A DNA stretch of 64,000 nt from Alphaproteobacteria bacterium (GTDB taxonomy: Bacteria; Pseudomonadota; Alphaproteobacteria; Rs-D84), in contig JAFYXG010000007.1 in the NCBI GenBank assembly GCA_017546265.1, forward strand, positions 3,211-67,210. Reading direction: 5' to 3'. Positions 19,109 through 28,124 of the stretch are shown here, piece after piece. Within the stretch, counting starts at the first letter, position 1; each line of letters starts with the position of its first letter. The notes under the pieces were generated by a model. That model did no database searches, had not been told where the DNA came from, and saw nothing but the letters and a program-made list of their open reading frames with translations. The position numbers were made by a program, and so were the translations under genes.

Positions 19109-20671
19109 CTAAAATTTCGCATTAAACCCGACACGAATCCCCAGTGATTTATAGAATGATTCTATTTCACTTTTTGTTGTTTCCTTCCATCCATTTTTCT
19201 CTAAATCAACAATCCACAAGGCCGTTCCATCACCAGTTTCTGGGTTCAAGATTTCGGCCTCGGTCTTTCCGGCTGCGATTCCCAACTGAATAATATCATT
19301 TTTGATTTCTGTCCAATATTCAGGATTCATAAAGGTTGTCGCATCAGCATCACTAACCGAATAATAATCATATGTCACCCCAATTGACAAGGCAACCGAT
19401 TTTGTAATCATGGTGTTCCAGTTTGCACCCAAACCGAAATGAATGGCCGAACCCATCCCCCCCTTATCCTCGATTGACTTTGGATGTTGCCAATCATAGC
19501 GATACGGTTGATCTGCGGTTGCAGTATACGATGGTAACCCCAGTTCAACATAACCGTTCACAGAATTATTTGTATTTATATCATACAACATTTCCAGTGC
19601 CAAATAAGGCCCCGACCATGCAACCTCATACGAGTGGCTGACATCAGGTTGTGAGAAATAGAATGTCCCTTCAGCCTCGGCATAGTTCCACCCCCCAACT
19701 TCGACTGCGACATAGTATGCCTGGCCATCCAAATAGCCATCTCCGTCCAGGTCTTGCAGTTTATTTCCATTTTTATCAAAATATGAATACCCCGGATAAT
19801 CTGGATAGGCATAATCTGCGAAACTGTCAAACACTGCAATCAGTGGCCAGCACTGTTTCGAACCATCGTCCAATGTCACACAAGACGCATCATAGTCGCC
19901 ATTAACAACAACCATCCCCTTGTTATTTTTAGTTTCCAATTTGTATTTCAAATACCGCCAACCGACAGATGGTGTGATTTTCACATTACCCCATTTCCAA
20001 ATATCAGTCAACCCAAATCCAATATTAAACCCGAACATATTGCCGCCATCACTGACACCTGCAGACAATGCATGACCTATTTTTTCACCTATTTTCTCAC
20101 TGCCATCTAAATTCCAATATTCCCCGTACAAATACCCACCATGACTGATATCATCGTCAATCATACTGGATTCGCCCGTCTGCATACCGTATTGCAGTCC
20201 TGCGTTAACCTGCATCTTTGTTTTTCCAGCATTAAACACATACTTACCTTGGGCATCAAACACCAACCAGTCTATGTTATCATAGTGCAATTTTGACCCA
20301 GCGGTATTCATTTCAAACTGCCACATTGCAACCTGTTTTGACAGACCTGCACTTAATGAAAAACCTTTATCACTTCCCGACTGCATAGCGGTCTGTTGCA
20401 CCTGTTGCGATTGCGTTGCACGTGCCACCCCCCTTGTATTTGCATAACCTGAATTTGTATAACCTGCGTTTGCATACTGTCTCTGATTATACGCACTAAC
20501 CCCTTGATTGGACATAGACGTAGTCCTTGTTCTTTGGCTATACGATTGTTGCGAATAATTCCGCTGAGGTGATTGATATGTTCCATTATAATAAGTCCCT
20601 GCCGCAGATGCCGCCGCTGGAATCAAAACCAACATCGAACAATTAAACAATAATTTAGACAGTAATTTCAT
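19109..20671 (-). CDS. Outer-membrane beta-barrel protein with Q/N/Y/S-rich N-terminal low-complexity region
   Basis: Signal peptide MKLLSKLLFNCSMLVLIPAAASA. Residues about 25-100 are Q/S/Y/N/T/R-rich (YYNGTYQSPQRNYSQQSYSQ...YANAGYTNSGYANTRG...QSQQVQQ). The C-terminus ends GIRVGFNAKF with a terminal Phe. Confidence 0.7.
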   Translation of the reverse strand: MKLLSKLLFNCSMLVLIPAAASAAGTYYNGTYQSPQRNYSQQSYSQRTRTTSMSNQGVSAYNQRQYANAGYTNSGYANTRGVARATQSQQVQQTAMQSGSDKGFSLSAGLSKQVAMWQFEMNTAGSKLHYDNIDWLVFDAQGKYVFNAGKTKMQVNAGLQYGMQTGESSMIDDDISHGGYLYGEYWNLDGSEKIGEKIGHALSAGVSDGGNMFGFNIGFGLTDIWKWGNVKITPSVGWRYLKYKLETKNNKGMVVVNGDYDASCVTLDDGSKQCWPLIAVFDSFADYAYPDYPGYSYFDKNGNKLQDLDGDGYLDGQAYYVAVEVGGWNYAEAEGTFYFSQPDVSHSYEVAWSGPYLALEMLYDINTNNSVNGYVELGLPSYTATADQPYRYDWQHPKSIEDKGGMGSAIHFGLGANWNTMITKSVALSIGVTYDYYSVSDADATTFMNPEYWTEIKNDIIQLGIAAGKTEAEILNPETGDGTALWIVDLEKNGWKETTKSEIESFYKSLGIRVGFNAKF

Positions 20672-20765
20672 AATATCTTTCCTTTCGTTTACACTTTATA
20701 AACGATTTTATCATAAAAAAGGTTGAAAAACAAATACCAACTTGCCAAAATACATGCACCAGCCA

Positions 20766-20850
20766 TGCGACCATGGTGAAATTGGTAAACACGCAGCACT
20801 AAGGATGCTGTGGGGCAACCCTTGGGGGTTCAAGTCCCCCTGGTCGCACC
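20766..20850 (+). tRNA. tRNA-Leu (class II, long variable arm), apparent anticodon AAG
   Basis: GCGACCATGGTGAAATTGGTAAACACGCAGCACTAAGGATGCTGTGGGGCAACCCTTGGGGGTTCAAGTCCCCCTGGTCGCACCA. Hand fold: acceptor GCGACCA/TGGTCGC, 3 bp D-stem GTG/CAC, anticodon stem CAGCA/TGCTG, loop CTAAGGA, T-arm GGGGG-TTCAAGT-CCCCC and an encoded CCA. Confidence 0.9.
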
Positions 20851-20926
20851 AAAAAATTCTGTACAAAAGATATATTTTCTGCTTGCCCCGATTTTTATAT
20901 TTTTGCTAACATTCCGATATACAGGA

Positions 20927-23900
20927 ATGAAGGGATTAAGACTATTTTTTGCTGTACTGCTTGTACCGCTTGCGTTTCAGGCGGCATTTGCCGATGACGA
21001 AGTGGACACATCACGTGCCGCCACACGGCGTAGCACAACCACAACGGTATCCAGCACCCGTCAAAAATCAGAAAGCACAAACACATTAACTAAAAAAACA
21101 AACACAAGTTCTACTATAAAACGTACCTTCGACACAGGCGACACAAAGACCACGACACGCGAACGTTCTGGCACATCTCAAACGGTTTCCACACGCGGGG
21201 AAGGCATGGGCACCCGTTCCGCTGCCTCCACTATCCCCAAGGGGGTATCCGCACGCAGCACCACACAAAACATACAGACACGTGACTACACTCCAACTCA
21301 GACCACACGCAATGTATCATCTAATCCTCAACGAACGGCCTCTCGTTCAGCCGTCACAGGACGCACCACGGCAGTCTCCACCGCCACACGTGCACAAACG
21401 ACACCAAAGAAATCCGCGTCTGTTTCCCGCACATTGGACCGCAACATATCACGATTGACGACAAAGGCACGCACGGCAACCACAACTGACCCAGTTGAAA
21501 TTAGCAACTATCAACAATGCCGCGAAGTTTTTAATAATTGTATGGATGAATTCTGTGCTAACAAAGACAGCCAACTAAAACGTTGTGCCTGTTCATCTCG
21601 TACTGCGGAATTTGACGGTGTCAAATCCAGCCTGGCCGCTGCCGAGGAACAATTGCTTGATTTCAGTCAACGTCTACTGACGGTCAGCATGGACAAGGAA
21701 GATGCCGAAGCCTTATACACTCCAACCGAAGGCGAATTGGCATTCAATCAAAAGGACACGTCCGAATCAAAACAGATGTTGGATGAAATTGCAAAGAAGC
21801 TGAACAACAGCTTTAACGACAACAACTTTAATAACCAGCAGTTAAATGCCATATCATTATCCCTGAACACCGATGCTGCCTTTGACAGTGTTGATTCATT
21901 GGCGGGTGCATCAACAACGGCGAAATCCGGCACGGCACTGCACGCTGCCGCCCTGCCCGTATGTCGCGAAATGGCATTAGAGATATGTACCCCAGATGAA
22001 TTAGCCTTGGCAGAAAGCGGTTATCAAATGTTAATCGAACAGGACTGTAACACCGTTAAAAAAGCATATCAAACCCAGGTTGATCAGGCTCGTCAACGCG
22101 TCTTTGAATCTGGGGCCCTACTGGACATTTCCCGTCTGAACACATACCAAGACAAAAATTCAGACGACATCCTAACATGTCGTCAAAAAATGTTGGACAT
22201 GTTATCTGATTCAACGGTCTGTGGTGAAGATTTGGGGAAATGTTTGGACACAACTGGTCGCTATATAGACCCATCAACCGGCCAGGCATTTTTAACAACA
22301 GAATTGACCGACCTGTCGAAACTGATAACCCGACCGGACGCAAATCAAACCTGGTCATCCATCCCAAACAACCAACGTTTTGTTACATTTTTGAACAATA
22401 AAAAGAAATTTTTGGAACCCGCAATGGAACATTGCCAGGACATATCAGATTACGTATGGGATTTATTTATCGAAGATGCATTGGGACAAATAAAATTGGC
22501 CCAGGGCAAAAAACTGGAAGAAATGCGTCAATCCTGCACAACACTGACGACCCAGTGCCTTAGTGATGCCACAAAATCTATAAATGATTTTGATTCACGT
22601 GCCCTTTCAATCTTTGGTGTTATGGCGGACAAAACAGTAAATGCAATGTGCGAAACGATTCAAAGTGCCTGTACATCATTATTGGAATCCACCGGTGATA
22701 CAGATGCGGAATGGTTAACCGGTATGCAGGGCATTGCAACAGACAAAACATATGAAACCATTATGTCCACCTGTCGCGAGGTTGGACGTGCCTGCATCAT
22801 CCAGGCCTGCACATCCGTAACCGGCAATTTCGGTTTATGTGAAAGCATCGACAATTCCATAAACCGCAAGGCTATAATTAACGGTTCTGCCTGCTGGCAA
22901 CAGGTCCTTGACTGCGTTGCATCCGCCGGCGACACAGCATTGGCAAACATCAGCAAGGCCCACCCCAGCGACAAATTTTACGATGACCTGTATGGTGCTA
23001 ACAAAGGAAGTGTCATCCCCCCATCTAACTCAGCTAATTGCCTAGCCAAGGGCCAAACATGCACATATGATCGTTGTGCAGCCACAGGCAACAACACATA
23101 TACATGCCGCCTGGCCGAACGCATCTGGGGTAATTGCGAAAACGCACCTGACACAGACCTAACAGGTAATGCAGACTATCACAACATAATTAAAATCCCA
23201 ATCGATGATGAAACAGGAACATTGTTGGCATGGTTTTCTAAAAACACTGGAACTTCTGGCAATGACTCACTGGGCAACCCCATCTTAAACAGTTGTTATG
23301 CCCCCATTTGCAACAAAAATTACATAATGCATTGTAACACATGCATACCAGAAACCAGTCTGGACGGTTCTGGCAGACACTGTACCGCACAAACATTCAG
23401 TGTCTTTGGTGGCCATACAAACTGCTGTGAAACAAAAACAACAGACTCATGGGGCAACTGCTGTCAGAATCAAAGCGGAAGCAATTATACATCACAAACC
23501 AACACAACCGTAACAGGAAACGACACAGCCACGCTTGACGAAGGTAAAACGACTATAACCATCAAATTTGGCACACCTCGCACCGGTGACAAGATTTGTG
23601 TACCACAAGGGTCAACTGTTTCACCGCATGCATTTGCGACATACACCGATGGCAACACGACCTATACTTTGGTTTGTTTTGGCACAGTAACGGGCGACCT
23701 CAACAGTGTCACCGAACAATATCCCGCCGGCACAAAACTAAAATGCGATGGCGACCTGATTTGGATTGATCAAAACGGCACATACACAAATAAAACGGGC
23801 TCTACAACCATCAGCACCCACTATCTGACCAAGACCGCATCCCGTTGCGTATATAACAACACATCTGGCTGGACAGAATGCGGCACCAACACATCATGCC

Positions 23901-23980
23901 CCCCGAACAGTGCCAATGGGAATTGGTACATATCCTATCAACAGATATGTGATTCCGATGTTTTATCAGATTGCCTATAA
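20927..23980 (+). CDS. Large secreted Cys-rich protein (1017 aa), paralog of the 5230..6225 protein
   Basis: Signal peptide MKGLRLFFAVLLVPLAFQAAFA and a T/S/R-rich linker of about 200 aa. The Cys motif CREVFNNCMDEFCANKDSQLKRCACSS lies at 21518-21598, followed by a long Cys-rich C-terminal part. The track ORF start (20810) lies inside tRNA-Leu and is rejected. Confidence 0.75.
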   Translation: MKGLRLFFAVLLVPLAFQAAFADDEVDTSRAATRRSTTTTVSSTRQKSESTNTLTKKTNTSSTIKRTFDTGDTKTTTRERSGTSQTVSTRGEGMGTRSAASTIPKGVSARSTTQNIQTRDYTPTQTTRNVSSNPQRTASRSAVTGRTTAVSTATRAQTTPKKSASVSRTLDRNISRLTTKARTATTTDPVEISNYQQCREVFNNCMDEFCANKDSQLKRCACSSRTAEFDGVKSSLAAAEEQLLDFSQRLLTVSMDKEDAEALYTPTEGELAFNQKDTSESKQMLDEIAKKLNNSFNDNNFNNQQLNAISLSLNTDAAFDSVDSLAGASTTAKSGTALHAAALPVCREMALEICTPDELALAESGYQMLIEQDCNTVKKAYQTQVDQARQRVFESGALLDISRLNTYQDKNSDDILTCRQKMLDMLSDSTVCGEDLGKCLDTTGRYIDPSTGQAFLTTELTDLSKLITRPDANQTWSSIPNNQRFVTFLNNKKKFLEPAMEHCQDISDYVWDLFIEDALGQIKLAQGKKLEEMRQSCTTLTTQCLSDATKSINDFDSRALSIFGVMADKTVNAMCETIQSACTSLLESTGDTDAEWLTGMQGIATDKTYETIMSTCREVGRACIIQACTSVTGNFGLCESIDNSINRKAIINGSACWQQVLDCVASAGDTALANISKAHPSDKFYDDLYGANKGSVIPPSNSANCLAKGQTCTYDRCAATGNNTYTCRLAERIWGNCENAPDTDLTGNADYHNIIKIPIDDETGTLLAWFSKNTGTSGNDSLGNPILNSCYAPICNKNYIMHCNTCIPETSLDGSGRHCTAQTFSVFGGHTNCCETKTTDSWGNCCQNQSGSNYTSQTNTTVTGNDTATLDEGKTTITIKFGTPRTGDKICVPQGSTVSPHAFATYTDGNTTYTLVCFGTVTGDLNSVTEQYPAGTKLKCDGDLIWIDQNGTYTNKTGSTTISTHYLTKTASRCVYNNTSGWTECGTNTSCPPNSANGNWYISYQQICDSDVLSDCL

Positions 23981-23994
23981 GCCAGTAAAAAAAA

Positions 23995-24020
23995 TAATAC
24001 CGCAGTCTCCGGCGGTATTA
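23995..24020. terminator. Bidirectional stem-loop terminator between the large Cys-rich gene and pth
   Basis: TAATACCGC-AGTCTCCG-GCGGTATTA, flanked by an A-run upstream and a T-run downstream. Confidence 0.75.
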
Positions 24021-24037
24021 TTTTTTATACCCACACA

Positions 24038-24568
24038 TTAAAACAATTTAACAGAATCTATTACTTTGTTTATTATATCTAACTGCTCGGCATCAAACTT
24101 GGCCAGCACCCAGTCAGACGGACTCATCGGGTTGTTAAAGTCCCGCGGATGCCCAACCCCAATTCTGATGCGTCTGTAATCCGGTCCCACGGCGGCATCT
24201 ATAGAACGAATACCATTATGTCCTGCACTGCTGCCACCGACTTTTTCTTTGACCTTGCCCAAAGCAATATCCATATCATCATGAATAACAATAACATTTT
24301 CCAACGGAATCTTATAAAATGCCATCAATGCCCCCACAGCCAATCCACTGTTATTCATAAACGTCTGTGGTTTTACAAAGATTACTTTGTTCCCATTTAC
24401 ATCAAGACGTGTAGTCTGGGCATTTTTCTCGTTTTTCCATTGTGCATCTTTTCCAACAAACTTATCGATTGCCATAAATCCAACATTATGACGCATATTT
24501 ATATATTGTGGCCCAGGATTCCCCAGTCCCACAACCAAAAACGGTTTATTTTCTTGCATATTTAACAC
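24038..24568 (-). CDS. pth: Peptidyl-tRNA hydrolase
   Basis: FLVVGLGNPGPQYINMRHNVGF... and GGSSAGHNGIRSI. Confidence 0.95.
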   Translation of the reverse strand: MLNMQENKPFLVVGLGNPGPQYINMRHNVGFMAIDKFVGKDAQWKNEKNAQTTRLDVNGNKVIFVKPQTFMNNSGLAVGALMAFYKIPLENVIVIHDDMDIALGKVKEKVGGSSAGHNGIRSIDAAVGPDYRRIRIGVGHPRDFNNPMSPSDWVLAKFDAEQLDIINKVIDSVKLF

Positions 24569-24604
24569 TCTTTTTTTACTATAATATCACACAAAGGAGA
24601 AAAC

Positions 24605-25156
24605 ATGAACATAAAATCATTTGGAATTTTAACAGCGGCATCGGTCATGTTAATGTCTGCCTCGGCGAACGCGAATCTTTTGTTTGATATTTACGCAGGT
24701 GGCACATATGGGATGGGCGGATACACCCTGTTTGCAGACTCTGGTGACATCAGTCATTCATCTAAATCCTATGGTGCGATTTTGGGTATGGACATTCCGA
24801 TGTTTCGTGTCGAGTTGGAATACAACTATCTGGACGCAGACGCATTTTCAATGAATTTGGCACTGGTTAATGCCTATTTCAAATTACCCACCCCAATTGC
24901 AAAGCCATACATCGGTGTTGGTATCGGCTCTACATTTGACAGCAAATACGAACTGACCCCCGGGACAGATGTGGATATAAAAGACGAACTTGCATATCAA
25001 GGGATGTTGGGTTTAACACTGGACATTCCTGTGATTCCATTTAACATCGATATCGAAGGTCGTGTTTTATACGCACCGGACATTTATGAAACTGCAACCG
25101 ACACCCCTGACCTGTTACAATACGAGGGTCGCGTTAAACTGCGGTATGTATTTTAA
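24605..25156 (+). CDS. Small 8-strand-type outer-membrane beta-barrel protein (OmpA-like/Omp25-like)
   Basis: Signal peptide ...LMSASANA and alternating beta-strand pattern. The C-terminus is GRVKLRYVF. AAAGGAGA SD. Confidence 0.7.
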   Translation: MNIKSFGILTAASVMLMSASANANLLFDIYAGGTYGMGGYTLFADSGDISHSSKSYGAILGMDIPMFRVELEYNYLDADAFSMNLALVNAYFKLPTPIAKPYIGVGIGSTFDSKYELTPGTDVDIKDELAYQGMLGLTLDIPVIPFNIDIEGRVLYAPDIYETATDTPDLLQYEGRVKLRYVF

Positions 25157-25213
25157 CCAACCTTAAACGGGGGCAAATGCCCCCACAATAAAATCCAACA
25201 CTGGGGGAACATT

Positions 25214-27988
25214 ATGCTGACGTTAATAGATGGTAATTCTTTGTTGTTTCGCGCCTATTATGGGGTACACAGTCGCCTGACCCGTTCAGACGGCACCCCC
25301 ACAGGGGCCGTATACGGTTTTTTCAACATGATATTACCGATATTATCGGCCGCCAAACCGGGTGACAGGTTTGTTTGTGTCTTTGATGCATCACGTATCA
25401 CATTTCGCCAGGATATATACCCCCCGTATAAAATGAACCGTTCTGAAACACCGGCCGACCTGATATCCCAGGGGAAATTGGTCCGTTCAGGATTGACCGC
25501 CATGGGCATGCCCGTATTATGCGTTCCCGGGGTCGAAGCGGACGATGTTATCGCCACAATGGCCCACCAAAACTGTTCTGGCACAGACACCACCCGCATC
25601 ATTACCAGCGACAAAGACCTGATGCAACTAGTATCAGACTGCACATATTTATATGATGGCATGAAAAACCGTGACATTCGCGAACCCCAGGTTTTGGAAA
25701 AATTTGGTGTTCTGCCATCTCAGGTCATTGACGTCCAATCACTGATGGGCGACTCCACCGACAATGTACCGGGTGTCCCTGGAATTGGCCCTAAAAAGGC
25801 ATCAGACCTGATAAATCAGTTTGGCAGTCTGGATAACTTGTACGCAAATCTAGATGCGGTACAAAACGAACGCATTCGGAATTTATTATCAGACAACCGT
25901 GAAATGGCGTACATATCAAAACAATTGGTCACGTTAAAAACAGATGTGGATTTAACAGGACTGAACATAACACCATTTGTATTTGACACAACATCAGCAT
26001 TGGAATTTATTCGCACCCAAATTGAAAGCAATTCCCTGGCCACAAAAATAGAGAAACTGTTTCCGAACAACACATCTGTTACTGTATCGCAAACATTTAA
26101 TTTCCCTGGCAACGCATGTGAAACACCAGCTCCAAGTCACGAAACAGCCCCAACAACACAACCCAAACGCGAATTCAACTTTAAATGCATTACCACAGAA
26201 CGCGAATTAGACGATTTTTTATCTGGAGTAAAAGATGTGCTGGCATTTGATACAGAAACCACAGGTCTGAACCCAATGTCCGACAAAATAGTGGGCATAT
26301 CACTGGCAACCGATGACACACATGGGTGCTATATTCCATTACGTCACATTGGAGGAACGGCGGATTTATTTGATAGTGAAACATTGGCCTCCAATCAACT
26401 GTCAATTGAATCAGTCCACAAAAAACTGTGGCCACTGTTCACAAATCACAACATTATTAAAATTGGTCACAATCTGAAATACGACCTGCACATATTGGCA
26501 AATGCGAACTGGGACGTCAGTCAAATTCACCCAATTGACGACACAATGTTGCTGTCATACATATTGCACGGCACATCACACGGACACAGTTTGGACGAAC
26601 TGGCGTTAAAGTATCTGGGGCATGAAAACATTAAATTTTCATCACTGTTTCCACCAAAAACACGTGATGCAGACATGAATTTTGCGACCCTGCCAACTGA
26701 TACTGCATGTCCATATGCTGCCGAAGACGCGTGTATATGTCGGGCCCTTTACGATTTATTCCGCCCAGAATTAAATCATGATGAAAAATTACGCAAATTA
26801 TATGAGTCATGTGATTTACCACTAATGCCCGTACTGTTGGAAATGGAACGCAATGGCGTTCTGGTTGACAAGCAAAAACTACAATTGCTATCGGGGGTAT
26901 TTCATAAACAACTGCAAATACTGGGGCAAGACATTTGGGACATGGCTGGCCATGAATTTAACATTGCCAGTCCAAAGCAACTGGGGATTATTTTATTTGA
27001 TGAACTGCACCTGCCCGCCAATAAAAAGCGTTCCACAGATGCAGACAGTCTGAATGAATTATTCGACACACACCCTATTATAGACAAAATACTATCCTGG
27101 CGTTCTATTGCAAAGTTAGCAGGAACATACGCAGACGCATTGCCGCACCAAATTGCATCAGACGGCCGAATTCACACCACCTATTTACAGACCAGCACCA
27201 ATACCGGTCGCCTGTCCAGTCGTGATCCGAACCTGCAAAACATTCCCATTAAAACGGAACTGGGCGAAGAGATAAGAAAATGCTTTATCGCCGCCCCGGG
27301 ACACATGCTGATATCGGTTGACTATTCTCAGATTCAATTACGATTACTGGCGGACATTGCAAATGTACAAACGTTCAAGGACACATTTAATTCTGGTCTG
27401 GACATACACGAACAAACCGCTCGAAAAATATTTAATATTCCCACAGATCAACCAGTTCCACGCGACCTGCGGCGTGCTGCCAAGACAGTAAACTTTTCAA
27501 TAATCTATGGTATATCATCATTTGGCCTGGCTGGACAACTGGGTATTTCCCGCACAGAAGCGGCTCAACTGATTGACAGTTATATGGCTGGGCTGCCAGA
27601 AATTCGCCAATATATTGAATCTACCAAGAAATTTGCATTAGACTACAACTGCGTTTATACGCCATGGGGGCGCCGCATAGAAATTCCTGGTGCATCCAAT
27701 CCCCGCATGCGTGCTTATGCGATGCGTGCCGCCATTAACGCTCCAATCCAGGGCTTTGAAGCGGATCTGATGCGTTTAGCGATGATAAAAATCAAACAAA
27801 ACATTGTCACCCCAAATCGTGACAAAATCCGCATGATAATGCAGGTACACGATGAAATTGTATTTGAATGTCGCACTGAATTTGCGAATGAATTTGCCAA
27901 CCGCATAAAATCCGCGATGGAACACATTACTCAGTTATCTGTTCCTCTGGTTGCCGAGTATGTAATTGACACCACCTGGGGCAAATGA
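25214..27988 (+). CDS. polA: DNA polymerase I
   Basis: 5' nuclease N-terminus (LIDGNSLLFRAYYG), 3'-5' exo motif AFDTETTGL, and polymerase motifs RRAAKTVNFSIIYG and QVHDEIVFE. Confidence 0.97.
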   Translation: MLTLIDGNSLLFRAYYGVHSRLTRSDGTPTGAVYGFFNMILPILSAAKPGDRFVCVFDASRITFRQDIYPPYKMNRSETPADLISQGKLVRSGLTAMGMPVLCVPGVEADDVIATMAHQNCSGTDTTRIITSDKDLMQLVSDCTYLYDGMKNRDIREPQVLEKFGVLPSQVIDVQSLMGDSTDNVPGVPGIGPKKASDLINQFGSLDNLYANLDAVQNERIRNLLSDNREMAYISKQLVTLKTDVDLTGLNITPFVFDTTSALEFIRTQIESNSLATKIEKLFPNNTSVTVSQTFNFPGNACETPAPSHETAPTTQPKREFNFKCITTERELDDFLSGVKDVLAFDTETTGLNPMSDKIVGISLATDDTHGCYIPLRHIGGTADLFDSETLASNQLSIESVHKKLWPLFTNHNIIKIGHNLKYDLHILANANWDVSQIHPIDDTMLLSYILHGTSHGHSLDELALKYLGHENIKFSSLFPPKTRDADMNFATLPTDTACPYAAEDACICRALYDLFRPELNHDEKLRKLYESCDLPLMPVLLEMERNGVLVDKQKLQLLSGVFHKQLQILGQDIWDMAGHEFNIASPKQLGIILFDELHLPANKKRSTDADSLNELFDTHPIIDKILSWRSIAKLAGTYADALPHQIASDGRIHTTYLQTSTNTGRLSSRDPNLQNIPIKTELGEEIRKCFIAAPGHMLISVDYSQIQLRLLADIANVQTFKDTFNSGLDIHEQTARKIFNIPTDQPVPRDLRRAAKTVNFSIIYGISSFGLAGQLGISRTEAAQLIDSYMAGLPEIRQYIESTKKFALDYNCVYTPWGRRIEIPGASNPRMRAYAMRAAINAPIQGFEADLMRLAMIKIKQNIVTPNRDKIRMIMQVHDEIVFECRTEFANEFANRIKSAMEHITQLSVPLVAEYVIDTTWGK

Positions 27989-28124
27989 TTATCCCATACA
28001 GGCACATAATTTTTTCATTTGCAAATTAAAAAAAATCACTGTATAATCAGTCAGATTTTGTGGGTGGGCACAGAATCAATCCGACTAACCCCACAAGACC
28101 TCGCCTTATATTACAAGAACAGCG

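Noticed and set aside
20810-20926. N-terminal extension of the large ORF as given in the track (start 20810)
   Set aside because: Positions 20810-20850 lie inside the tRNA-Leu gene. A proper signal peptide begins at ATG 20927 (MKGLRLFF...), so the extension is an artefact of the open frame.
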